Part shown: one piece after another, positions 25,077 to 33,778 of the stretch
How positions within the stretch are numbered: position 1 is the first letter of the stretch
Layout: each line of letters begins with the position of its first letter
Translations under genes and position numbers: made by a program
Assembly (NCBI GenBank): GCA_022705325.1
Contig: JAKJER010000006.1
Coordinates: forward strand, 169,097 to 233,096
Direction of reading: 5' to 3'
Length of the DNA: 64,000 bases
Source: Planctomycetota bacterium
GTDB lineage: Bacteria > Planctomycetota > Phycisphaerae > SM23-33
Notes under the pieces: generated by a model
The model's input: the letters and a program-made list of their open reading frames with translations, nothing else
Told to the model about the DNA's origin: nothing
Databases searched by the model: none

Positions 25077-26227
25077 CCGAGCTGCTGGACATCGTCGGCC
25101 AGGACGAAGCGCTCGCCCGCCTGCAGCGCGGGCTGGGCGGGCAGCGGCGCCCGCACGCGTGGCTGTTCGTCGGACCCGTCGGCGTGGGCAAGCGGACGAC
25201 GGCCCTGGCTTACGCCCGCACGCTGCTGTGCAAACAGCCGGTCCGCCGCCCCAACGACGGCAGGATCGAGCGGCTGGACCGCGACTTTTCCCTCGCCCAG
25301 GCCTGCGGGCAGTGCGAGGACTGTCGGATGGCCGCCGCCGGCTCGCACCCGGACCTCCAACTCGTCTACAAGGAACTCGCCCAGTACCACGAGGACGCCA
25401 ACGTCCGCAACCGCGTGATGCAGGAACTGGGCATCGACGTGATCCGCAGCTTCCTGATCGCCCCGGCCGGGCGGTCGTCCAGCCGCGGCGATCAGAAGGT
25501 CTTCGTCGTCTGCGAGGCGGACCTGCTGAGCACGGCCGCCCAGAACTCCCTGCTCAAGACGCTGGAGGAGCCGCCTCCCGGCACGACGATCATCCTGCTG
25601 GCCCAGCAGGTCGAGGAACTGCTGCCCACGACGATCAGCCGCTGCTCGGTGGTGCGCTTCGGCCCCCTGCCGCGGGAGTTCGTCGTGAGCCGGCTGACCG
25701 AACAAGGCGTCGAGCCGGCCCGCGCGGAGTTCTGGGCGGGCCTGACGGGCGGCTCGCTGGGCCAGGCCCTGCGCCTGGACCAGCAGGGCATGTACGACGT
25801 GAAGTGCGACATCCTGGAGCGGGTCGGCCAGCTCACGCCTGCGGGCGACGCCGAGCTGGGCGAGTACCTGGCCAAGCTGATGGAGAAGCTGGCCGGCGAC
25901 GCCGTCGCCCGCGCCAAGGCCGAAGCGGGCGGCGACCTGTCGATGAACCTGGCCAAGCGCCAGGTGACGGCCACCCTGCTGGAGATCATCGGCTCGGCCT
26001 TCCGCGACGCGCTCTGCCTGGCCAGCGGCGCCCAGTTGCCCGTCATCCACGCCGACCAGCGACGCTGCGTGGAGGCCATCGCGAGGCGTCTCTCGCCCAC
26101 CCATCTCGCCGACGCCATCGAGCAGCTCAGCGAGTACGAGACGCTCCTGTGGCGCAACGTCAACCAGAAGATCGTCTGGGACAACGTCGTCATCACCTGC
26201 GCCTCCGCCGCCCCGCTGCGGGTCTGA
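25073..26227 (+). CDS. holB: DNA polymerase III delta' subunit
   Basis: VTELLDIVGQDEALARLQ…HAWLFVGPVGVGKRTTALAYARTLLC…CGQCEDCRMAAAGSHPDLQLV… shows an AAA+ clamp-loader fold with a zinc module and a modified Walker A, as in delta'. GTG start overlaps the tmk stop. Confidence 0.85.
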   Translation: MTELLDIVGQDEALARLQRGLGGQRRPHAWLFVGPVGVGKRTTALAYARTLLCKQPVRRPNDGRIERLDRDFSLAQACGQCEDCRMAAAGSHPDLQLVYKELAQYHEDANVRNRVMQELGIDVIRSFLIAPAGRSSSRGDQKVFVVCEADLLSTAAQNSLLKTLEEPPPGTTIILLAQQVEELLPTTISRCSVVRFGPLPREFVVSRLTEQGVEPARAEFWAGLTGGSLGQALRLDQQGMYDVKCDILERVGQLTPAGDAELGEYLAKLMEKLAGDAVARAKAEAGGDLSMNLAKRQVTATLLEIIGSAFRDALCLASGAQLPVIHADQRRCVEAIARRLSPTHLADAIEQLSEYETLLWRNVNQKIVWDNVVITCASAAPLRV

Positions 26228-26275
26228 TCATCAGTGCCCTTGACGCCCTGTTCGGGCGGCGGGAAGATATCTCCC

Positions 26276-28597
26276 ATGAGAAGGCACATCCTTATCGTGC
26301 TCGTGTCTCTGGAACCCCTATTCGCTTCCGCACTTTCCGCCGCCCCGCCGGCGCAGTTTGCAGCCTGGGGCACGACCTGCGGGCCGCTCAAGCCCGTGCC
26401 CGCGGGCTGGAGACTCATCCAACCATCGCCCGCCCCCCCGCCGCCGCCGACCGAGCTCGACCGCAAGCGAGGCTTCCAGATCCTCAGTGACTCCGGATCG
26501 ACCAACGGCGAGCTGCGGCCGATCACCGCGCTTAACCTCTCAGCCGCGGTCGCCGAGTACGAGAGCGCCAGCTTCGTCCTCCACGCACTGCGGCCACTGG
26601 AGGGCGTGACGCTGCGGATCGTCGAACCGCCGGGCCCGCCAGGAGGGCCGGGCGTCGAGAAGACGGACCCGGCGTCGGCTGGCTGGCCGCTCTCGCCTGC
26701 GAACGTCGACATCCGCGTCGCCCGCGCCATACCCTTCCCGCTGGACGCCAAGGCCAAGACGTACCGCAAGGAAGACTGGGTGCTGGAGAAACTTCCGACG
26801 CTGACCCTCGCCGCCGGCGAGCGGGTGCGAGTCTGGCTGACCTTGCGGGCGGACGAGGTGGCGGAGCACCGCGGCAGATTGGAGGTCGCGGCCAACGACG
26901 CCGCGACGAGTCTGGAGGTGATCCTCCGCATCCTGCCGTTTTCCTTGCCCCCGCCGGCTGTCGAGTTCGCGATGTACTACCCGCGCCCGCCGGCCGACGA
27001 CGCCCAACTCGCCCGCGAGTTGATCGACATGCGCGAGCACGGCATGAACTCGATCCTGCCCGCGATTGAGGCGGTGATCAAGACACGCGACCGGAAGTTC
27101 AGCGCCGATGACATGCGGGCGACCCGCGAGCATGCCGAGCGGATGCTGCGGGCCGTGCGCGAGCACCTGGGGCCGCCGCGCTTTCCGCCCCTGGCGGCGG
27201 CCGGGCACCAGATCGCCTACTACTGGAACCAGCGGACCAACTGGTTCGAGTATTGGCCGCACACGCCGCAGATCGAGGCCGACCTGTTGGCTGCCTGCCG
27301 GCTGCTGGACGAGTTGGCCCGCGACCGCGGGGCCGCACGCACGCGGATCTACCTGGCCGACGAAGCCGCCGCTCACAACCTGCTCGACCAGGCTGCGCGG
27401 AGCTACGCCCTGGTCAAGCAGCGCCTGCCCGAGATGGAGACGTGGACCACGATCGGGGGCGGGCTGGCCATGGGCGTCGACGAGTTGGGGCCGCTGGACA
27501 AGTGTGTGGATTTCTTCGCGACCAACCGCTTCACGCCGCAGGTCGCCCGGCGGTTGGTAGGCCGTGGCAAGGCGTTCGGGGTGTATAACGGGGCGGGCCA
27601 CGCCCCCGAGCAGGCCCGCTTCTTCTTCGGCTTTTACGGGTGGAAGACGGCGGCAGCCCAGGTCTCGCAGTGGTGCTACCACTTCGGCGACTCGCCCTTC
27701 GCCGGCAACGGCCTGCGCAAGGAGGATGAGGGCTTCGTCTACCGCGCCGCCGACGGCCCTGTGCCAACGTTGATGTGGGAGGCTGTCCGCGAGGGCGTCG
27801 ACGACTTCCGCTACATGCAACTCCTCGCCCAATTCGTAGTCGCCGCCACGCTGCACGGCGGCGCCGCACCCCAGGCCGTCCATGACGCCCAGGCATGGTT
27901 GCGGGCGACGCTCGCAACGATCGACTGGAACGTCCAGCCACTTCGGTCCGAGGACCGCTCCGCCCCGCCGACCATGGCGCGCATGAACCAGTGGCGCCGC
28001 GAGGCGGTCGACCACATCCTCAAGCTCTCGCCGCAGGGCAAGCCTGCGCCCCTGCCGGAACTCGTCCGCTCGCCCTTCGACCACCCCTGGGCGTCGGCCG
28101 CCCAGCCGGTCAAGCTCGGCGAGGAACTCCTGCCCCAGGTGGGCTTCGAGACCGGCCTGGAACCTTGGCGCGTCGAGGCGTGGAACGGCAAGAGCAGTCA
28201 CCGCCTGGATGACCGCCAGCCGCACGCGGGCAAGCAGTCGGTCCGCATCGACATCCCTGCCGGCCAGCCCAGCACGGCCGTCACCGTCCTGGTCTTGCCG
28301 GGCTACGGTCCCAAGCCCTTCACCCGCACGCTGGCCGGCGGGAGCGGATACGAGCTTTCCGCCTGGGTCAATGCGCCCGCGAGACTCCCGCCGCAGCTCC
28401 GCGTTGCCCTCCCGGACGGCGCCACCGCAAAGACCCAGTCCGGTCAGGACGAGCCCGGCCCGGACGGTTGGCAGCGTCTGTGGCTGCGCGTCTGGCCCAA
28501 GGAGGACGCCAAGCCCAAGTACCTCGCCCTTTGGGTCCAGGGGCCGGGAACGGTGTGGGCGGACGACGTCAGCCTCCGGACGATCATTGACCATTGA
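26276..28597 (+). CDS. Secreted hypothetical glycoside-hydrolase-like protein (DUF4091/GH123-like?) with a C-terminal CBM4/9-like domain
   Basis: Signal peptide MRRHILIVLVSLEPLFASALSA. The central region (…IYLADEAAAH…) looks like a TIM barrel. The C-terminus (…WNGKSSHRLDD…YELSAWVNAP…VWADDVSL) resembles a carbohydrate-binding module. It ends …IIDH* inside a CATTGA heptamer array. Confidence 0.4.
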   Translation: MRRHILIVLVSLEPLFASALSAAPPAQFAAWGTTCGPLKPVPAGWRLIQPSPAPPPPPTELDRKRGFQILSDSGSTNGELRPITALNLSAAVAEYESASFVLHALRPLEGVTLRIVEPPGPPGGPGVEKTDPASAGWPLSPANVDIRVARAIPFPLDAKAKTYRKEDWVLEKLPTLTLAAGERVRVWLTLRADEVAEHRGRLEVAANDAATSLEVILRILPFSLPPPAVEFAMYYPRPPADDAQLARELIDMREHGMNSILPAIEAVIKTRDRKFSADDMRATREHAERMLRAVREHLGPPRFPPLAAAGHQIAYYWNQRTNWFEYWPHTPQIEADLLAACRLLDELARDRGAARTRIYLADEAAAHNLLDQAARSYALVKQRLPEMETWTTIGGGLAMGVDELGPLDKCVDFFATNRFTPQVARRLVGRGKAFGVYNGAGHAPEQARFFFGFYGWKTAAAQVSQWCYHFGDSPFAGNGLRKEDEGFVYRAADGPVPTLMWEAVREGVDDFRYMQLLAQFVVAATLHGGAAPQAVHDAQAWLRATLATIDWNVQPLRSEDRSAPPTMARMNQWRREAVDHILKLSPQGKPAPLPELVRSPFDHPWASAAQPVKLGEELLPQVGFETGLEPWRVEAWNGKSSHRLDDRQPHAGKQSVRIDIPAGQPSTAVTVLVLPGYGPKPFTRTLAGGSGYELSAWVNAPARLPPQLRVALPDGATAKTQSGQDEPGPDGWQRLWLRVWPKEDAKPKYLALWVQGPGTVWADDVSLRTIIDH

Positions 28598-28618
28598 CTA
28601 TTGGCCATTGAACGTTCC
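28584..28618. repeat. Heptanucleotide array (TCATTGA CCATTGA CTATTGG CCATTGA ACGTTCC) overlapping the stop codon of the upstream gene
   Basis: Direct reading; the TGA stop (28595-28597) is embedded in the second unit. Confidence 0.7.
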
Positions 28619-28715
28619 TCTGTTGGACCTTCTCCTCTTCTCTGCCGCGGTTGATCCATCTTGACGCCGCGCGGGCCGGCGGGGAACATGTCGGCGACAC
28701 CCGAGGTATACGCCT

Positions 28716-29513
28716 ATGACCCTGCGCAAGCGGATCCACGAGATCATCCAGCCGGCCGCCGGCGACGACTGGCTCAGCCGGCTCTTCGACCTGTTCATCC
28801 TTTCCCTCATCGCTCTCAACGTCGCCAGCATCGTCCTGGAATCGGTGCGGGAACTGCGGGAGACGTACGCGCGGACCTTCTGGCGGTTCGAGATGTTCAG
28901 CGTGTGCGTGTTCACGGCGGAGTACGTGCTGCGGCTGTGGACCTGCGTGGAGGAGCCGCGCTACGCCCGCCCGGTCGCGGGGCGGATCCGGGCGGCGCTG
29001 TCGCCGCTGCTGCTGATCGACCTGCTGGCGATCCTGCCGTTCTACCTGCCCTTCTTCGCGGTGGACCTGCGGTTCCTGCGATCGTTGCGGCTGTTCCGGG
29101 TCTTCCGCGTGGCCAAGGTGGCCCGCTACTCCACGGCGCTTCAGACCATCGGGCGGGTGATGGCCAGCCGCCGCAGCGAGCTGCTGGTGACGGCCTTTGC
29201 CATGGGCCTGCTGCTGATCCTGTCGGCGACGGTGATGTACTACGTGGAGAACGAGGCCCAGCCGGAGAGCTTCTCGAGCATCCCGGCGACGATGTGGTGG
29301 GCGGTGACGACCATGACGACGGTGGGCTACGGCGACGCCTGTCCGATCACGCCGCTGGGCAAGGTGCTGGCCTCGTTCATCGCGATCCTGGGCATCGGGA
29401 TGTTCGCGGTGCCCACGGGCATCCTGGGGGCGGGCTTTACCGACGAGATGCGCCGAAAGAACGCCCCCCCGCGCAGGTGCCCCCACTGCGGAGGAGACTT
29501 GCCGCCGGAATAA
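28716..29513 (+). CDS. Voltage-gated potassium channel (6TM, Kv-like)
   Basis: S4 voltage sensor with Arg every third residue (LRFLRSLRLFRVFRVAKVAR), pore helix plus selectivity filter TTVGYGD, and 6 TM segments; 265 aa. Confidence 0.85.
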   Translation: MTLRKRIHEIIQPAAGDDWLSRLFDLFILSLIALNVASIVLESVRELRETYARTFWRFEMFSVCVFTAEYVLRLWTCVEEPRYARPVAGRIRAALSPLLLIDLLAILPFYLPFFAVDLRFLRSLRLFRVFRVAKVARYSTALQTIGRVMASRRSELLVTAFAMGLLLILSATVMYYVENEAQPESFSSIPATMWWAVTTMTTVGYGDACPITPLGKVLASFIAILGIGMFAVPTGILGAGFTDEMRRKNAPPRRCPHCGGDLPPE

Positions 29514-29570
29514 GACCCTGCTGGACAATGCTGTGCTTTGGGTATCAAGGGACTTTCTCGAGGACCGACC

Positions 29571-29810
29571 ATGGCGGACATACTGATTCAAGGGTTGCAG
29601 GGGCGAACCCTGAACCGCCTCAAGGCCAGAGCCAAGCGCAACAACCGCTCGCTTCAGAGCGAAGTCAAACAACTGCTGGAACAGGCCGCCGGGCCCACCC
29701 CTGAAGAGATCAAGGCCATGTTCGACCGCTGGGACAGACGATTCGACGGGCGACGTTTCCCGGACAGCGCGGAGATGATTCGAGAGGACCGGGAGCGACA
29801 GGTCCTGTAA
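29571..29810 (+). CDS. Ribbon-helix-helix (Arc/MetJ, FitA/VapB-like) antitoxin-type DNA-binding protein, with no adjacent toxin gene
   Basis: MADILIQGLQGRTLNRLKARAKRNNRSLQSEVKQLLEQAA matches the beta-strand/helix/helix pattern (x-L-I-x-x-L…L-K-x-R-A…R-S…E…L) of RHH antitoxins, followed by a charged C-terminal tail. GAGGA RBS 8 nt upstream. 58 nt downstream of the K+ channel gene. Confidence 0.55.
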   Translation: MADILIQGLQGRTLNRLKARAKRNNRSLQSEVKQLLEQAAGPTPEEIKAMFDRWDRRFDGRRFPDSAEMIREDRERQVL

Positions 29811-29894
29811 TGCCCCGCTCTCTGCTGCGTTCATTGTGACAGGTCGCCCGCCGGTGGCGCCGGCCTGGGTCTATCTTCTTCTGGAGACGGTTTC

Positions 29895-31538
29895 ATGACG
29901 CCTGTTCGCTTCTCAGGGCTGGGGTATTTTCGTTTCGTGCTCGTGTGCGCCTGCCTGCCGGCGTTGGCGGCCGCCCTGCGGCCGGCCCGGGCGGCGGACT
30001 GGCCCCAGTGGGGCGGCGGCAATGCGCGAAACGCCTGCTCGGGCGAGAAGAACCTGCCCGAGTCGTTCGAGCCGGGCGACAAGGACCCCAAGAGCGGCGA
30101 GATCCGCGCCGACACCACCCGCAACGTCAAGTGGTCCGCCCGCCTGGGGGGCGGGTGCTACGGCAACACCACCGTCGCCAACGGGCGCGTCTTCGCCGGC
30201 ACCGACGACCAGACGCTTCGCGAGGACGAGCGCTTCGGCCGGCCCAACACCGCCGGCATGGTCAAGTGCTTCGACGAGAAGACGGGCAAGCTGCTGTGGC
30301 AGTTGCCCATCGCCCCGATCAAGACCCCCAAGGAATGGCACTACGGCTTCCAGAAGCTCGGGGTCTGCTCCTCCCCCACCGTCGACGGCGACCGCGTCTA
30401 CATCGTCTCCCACACCAACGACGTGCTCTGTCTGGACGTCCGCGGCCAGGCCAACGGCAACGACGGGCCCTTCACCGACGAGGCCAAGCTCATGGTCAAG
30501 GCCGACCAGAAGCCGGTTGAGCTCCAGCCCACCGACGGCGACGTGATCTGGCGCTTCAGCGTCAACGAGGAGCTGAAGGTCATCCCCCACGACGTGGCGA
30601 GCTGCTCGGTGGTCGTCCATGGCGACTTCGTCTACCTCTCTACGTCCAACGGGGTCAACCACGCCCACGACAAGCCTCTGTCGCCCGACGCGCCGGCGTT
30701 CATCGCGCTGAACAAGCACACGGGCAAGCTGGCGGCCGTCGAGGACGAGGGGATCAGCAAGCGGATGTTCCACACGCAGTGGTCCTCGCCCTGCCTGGCG
30801 ACGGTGGGCGGGCGGACGCTGGTGGTGGTCGGCGCGACCGACGGCTTCTGCTACGCCTTCGAGCCGCTGGACAAGATGCCCGACGCGCCCGCCAAGCTCA
30901 AGAAGGTCTGGCAGTACGACTGCAACCCCCCCGAGTACCGCCTCCGCGACGGCAAGCGCATCAACTACCTCGACGGCGACAAGCGCAAGAAGACCAGCCC
31001 CAACAAGAACGACGGCACCTACCTGGGCCCCAGCGAGGTCATCGCCACGCCCGCCTTCTCCAACGGGCGCGTCTACGTGGCCATCGGGCAGGACCCCCTC
31101 CACGGCCGGGGAAGGGGCCTGCTCCACTGCATCGACGCCTCCAAGACCGGCGACATCACCAAGACCGGCTGCGTGTGGACCTACGACGGCCTGGACCGCA
31201 CCATCGCCAACGCCGTCGTCGCCGGCGGACTGGTCTACATCCCCGACATCGCCGGAAGACTCCACTGCGTCGACGCCGACACGGGCAAACCGCACTGGGT
31301 GCACGAGATGAAGGCCGAGACCTGGGGCAGCCCCATGGTCGCAGACGGCAAGGTCTACCAGGGCACGCAGAAGGCGCTGCATGTGCTCGCCGCGGGCAAG
31401 GAGGCCAAGGAACTGGCCCGCATCAATCTCGGCTCGCCCATCTACAGCACCCCCATCGCGGCCAACGGCACGCTCTATTTCGCTTCGCAGAAGTACCTGT
31501 GGGCGGTGGCGAAGCAGCCGGTAGCCTCCAGCCGGTAG
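29895..31538 (+). CDS. Secreted PQQ-like beta-propeller repeat protein
   Basis: Signal peptide, then DWPQWGGGNARN… and repeated …G.VY.G..DG.L.A.D..TGK..W… blades. It ends PVASSR* within a GTAGCCT heptamer array. Confidence 0.6.
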   Translation: MTPVRFSGLGYFRFVLVCACLPALAAALRPARAADWPQWGGGNARNACSGEKNLPESFEPGDKDPKSGEIRADTTRNVKWSARLGGGCYGNTTVANGRVFAGTDDQTLREDERFGRPNTAGMVKCFDEKTGKLLWQLPIAPIKTPKEWHYGFQKLGVCSSPTVDGDRVYIVSHTNDVLCLDVRGQANGNDGPFTDEAKLMVKADQKPVELQPTDGDVIWRFSVNEELKVIPHDVASCSVVVHGDFVYLSTSNGVNHAHDKPLSPDAPAFIALNKHTGKLAAVEDEGISKRMFHTQWSSPCLATVGGRTLVVVGATDGFCYAFEPLDKMPDAPAKLKKVWQYDCNPPEYRLRDGKRINYLDGDKRKKTSPNKNDGTYLGPSEVIATPAFSNGRVYVAIGQDPLHGRGRGLLHCIDASKTGDITKTGCVWTYDGLDRTIANAVVAGGLVYIPDIAGRLHCVDADTGKPHWVHEMKAETWGSPMVADGKVYQGTQKALHVLAAGKEAKELARINLGSPIYSTPIAANGTLYFASQKYLWAVAKQPVASSR

Positions 31539-31717
31539 CCTGTGGTCTGTAGCCTGCCGGCAGGCATAAGGTCGGTGGGGTCGCAGGAAGGGCGCAACCC
31601 TTGCCAGCCGCTCAATCCCTTTCTCCGCCGCCATGAAGGCGGTGGGATCAAACAACGAGGCGATTCTCGGACAACCCTTCGGCTACAGGCTACTGACTAC
31701 AGGCTACTGGCTACCGG
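31521..31717. repeat. About 200-bp element with inverted heptamer-array arms (5 x GTAGCCT-type at 31521-31555; 5 x GGCTACN at 31681-31717) around a core carrying the CCTGCCGGCAGG palindrome (31553-31564); MITE-like/REP-like
   Basis: The left arm CCGGTAGCCTCCAGCCGGTAGCCTGTGGTCTGTAGCC is approximately the reverse complement of the right arm GGCTACAGGCTACTGACTACAGGCTACTGGCTACCGG. Both arms are 7-nt periodic. Confidence 0.6.
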
Positions 31718-31765
31718 ATTGTCTCTGGCGTATACTACCAGCATGCCGCCTGACAGGGAGAGAAC

Positions 31766-33778
31766 ATGACCGCAGAATCGCTCCCGGCCCTGCCGCCGCC
31801 GATCGTCGTGTCCGGCCAGGAAAGCCTCGACAGCCTGCTGAGCAAGGAGTGGCTGATCGCGAACCGGCTCGGCGCGTACGCCTCCTCCACCGCGGCCGGG
31901 TGCAACGCCCGTCGCTACCACGCGCTGCTGGTGGCCGCCACCGCCCCGCCCGTCGGGCGGATGGTCATGCTGTCGACCGTCATGGAGCAGCTCACCTGCG
32001 GGCAGACCACCTACCACCTGGCCACCAACGAGTTCTCCGGCGCCTTCTCGCCCCTGGGCGCGGTGCACCTGGTCGAGTACCGCGACGAGGTCGCCCCCAC
32101 GTTCATCTACCGCGCCGGGCCGCTCACGCTGACCAAGGAAATCCTGCTGGCCGACGCCGCCAACGCCGTGGCCGTCCGCTACACCCTCCGCGGCGGCCAG
32201 GCGAGCCTGTCCCTGTGGCCCTTCACGCCCCTGCGAGACTTCCACCACCTCCGCAAGGTCCACCAGCCGCACCAGATGATGTTCGAGCTGACCGAGGGCG
32301 GACTGGTCGTCCAGGACCGCATCCGCAACTCGCCCGCCCTGCACCTGACCAGCAAGGAAGCGAAGTTCGAAGGCCGCCCGCAGTGGTGGTACCAGTTCCA
32401 TTACCGCATCGACGCCAGCCGGGGACAGGACAGCTTCGAAGACCTCTACACGCCCGGGTTCTTCCGCATCGAACTGGCCGACGGGCAGTCCTGCCAGCTC
32501 AACGCCTCGCTCGCCGAGCCCGTGCCGGTGGGCTTCGCGACCACGCTGGACCTCCGCCGCCGCCGGCTGGAGGAACTGGCCGCCTCGGTCGGCGCCGACG
32601 CCGACGAGACCACCCGCCGCCTGGCCGTCGCGACCGACGCCTTCGTGGTCCAGCGGAGCTTCCCCAACGCGCCGTCGTCGGCCACCATCGTCGCGGGCTA
32701 TCCCTGGTTCGCCGACTGGGGGCGCGACGCCTTCATCGCCCTGCCGGGGCTCCTGCTGTGCACCGGGCGATTCGACCTCGCCCGCCAGGTCTTCCGAACC
32801 TTCACGCTGCATCTCGAAGGCGGGATGATCCCCAACCGCTTCGACGACTACTCCTTCTCCGCCCACTACAACTCCATCGACGCCTCGCTGTGGTTCATCC
32901 TGGCGGCCGACGCCTACGTCCGCGCCAGCGGCGACACCGCCTTCTGGGACGACCTGCTGGGCCCCACCGCCCACGCCATCCTCCAGGCCTACCAGAACGG
33001 CACGCTCTTCGACATCCACGCCGACGCCGACGGCCTGCTCATGGGCGGATCGCCCAAGACCCAGCTCACCTGGATGGACGCCGCCCTGGGCGACGAAGTC
33101 GTCACGCCCCGCCACGGCAAGGCCGTCGAGATCAACGCCCTGTGGTACGCCGCTCACCGCATCCTGGCCGAGCGGACGCGGGGCCACGACGCCGGCGCCG
33201 CCAACGCCCTGGACCACCAGGCGGACCTCATCCAGACCGCCTTCCGCGCCGCCTTCTGGAACCCGGCCTTCCGCTGCCTGTACGACTGCATCAGCGAGAC
33301 CGGGCCCGACGACGCCTTCCGCCCCAACCAGATCTACGCCGTCGCCCTGCCCTACAGCCCGCTGTCGGACGAGCAGCAGGCGGCGATCGTCCGCGCCGTC
33401 GCGCAGCGCCTGCTTACGCCCTGCGGTCTGCGCACCCTCGCGCCGGAGGACCGCCGCTACAAACGCCGCTACGGCGGCTCGTGCGAAAACCGGGACCGCG
33501 CCTACCACCAGGGCACCGTCTGGTCCCACCTCATGGGGGCCTTCATCGAGGCTTACCTCAAGGTCGAGACCGGCCCCGAGGCCGTCGAGAACGCCCGCCA
33601 GATGCTTGTCGCCTTCGCCGGCCACCTCCACGAGGCCGGGCTGGGACAGGTCAGCGAGATCTTCGACGGCGACCCGCCCCACCATCCCGCCGGCTGCTTC
33701 GCCCAGGCCTGGTCGGTGGCCGAGGTCCTGCGGGCCAAGCTCCTGGTCCGCCAGGCGCAGCGGAACTTGAAGACATGA
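31766..33778 (+). CDS. Glycogen debranching enzyme (amylo-alpha-1,6-glucosidase, GH133/GDE_C type)
   Basis: N-terminus …EWLIANRLGAYASSTAAGCNARRYHALLVAA… is the conserved GDE N-terminal domain. There is a C-terminal (alpha/alpha)6 barrel. 670 aa. Confidence 0.8.
   Translation: MTAESLPALPPPIVVSGQESLDSLLSKEWLIANRLGAYASSTAAGCNARRYHALLVAATAPPVGRMVMLSTVMEQLTCGQTTYHLATNEFSGAFSPLGAVHLVEYRDEVAPTFIYRAGPLTLTKEILLADAANAVAVRYTLRGGQASLSLWPFTPLRDFHHLRKVHQPHQMMFELTEGGLVVQDRIRNSPALHLTSKEAKFEGRPQWWYQFHYRIDASRGQDSFEDLYTPGFFRIELADGQSCQLNASLAEPVPVGFATTLDLRRRRLEELAASVGADADETTRRLAVATDAFVVQRSFPNAPSSATIVAGYPWFADWGRDAFIALPGLLLCTGRFDLARQVFRTFTLHLEGGMIPNRFDDYSFSAHYNSIDASLWFILAADAYVRASGDTAFWDDLLGPTAHAILQAYQNGTLFDIHADADGLLMGGSPKTQLTWMDAALGDEVVTPRHGKAVEINALWYAAHRILAERTRGHDAGAANALDHQADLIQTAFRAAFWNPAFRCLYDCISETGPDDAFRPNQIYAVALPYSPLSDEQQAAIVRAVAQRLLTPCGLRTLAPEDRRYKRRYGGSCENRDRAYHQGTVWSHLMGAFIEAYLKVETGPEAVENARQMLVAFAGHLHEAGLGQVSEIFDGDPPHHPAGCFAQAWSVAEVLRAKLLVRQAQRNLKT

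Noticed and set aside
24290-26227. 645-aa + ORF fusing upstream DNA, tmk and holB regions
   Set aside because: It is an in-frame read-through of intergenic and tmk-overlapping sequence. holB is recognisable only from VTELLDIVGQDEAL (GTG 25073), which overlaps the tmk stop as is usual.
29538-29570. Longer start (MGIKGLSRGPT…) for the RHH gene
   Set aside because: The GAGGA Shine-Dalgarno is positioned for the ATG at 29571, and the conserved RHH beta-strand begins at MADILIQ, so the upstream 11 codons are unlikely to be translated.
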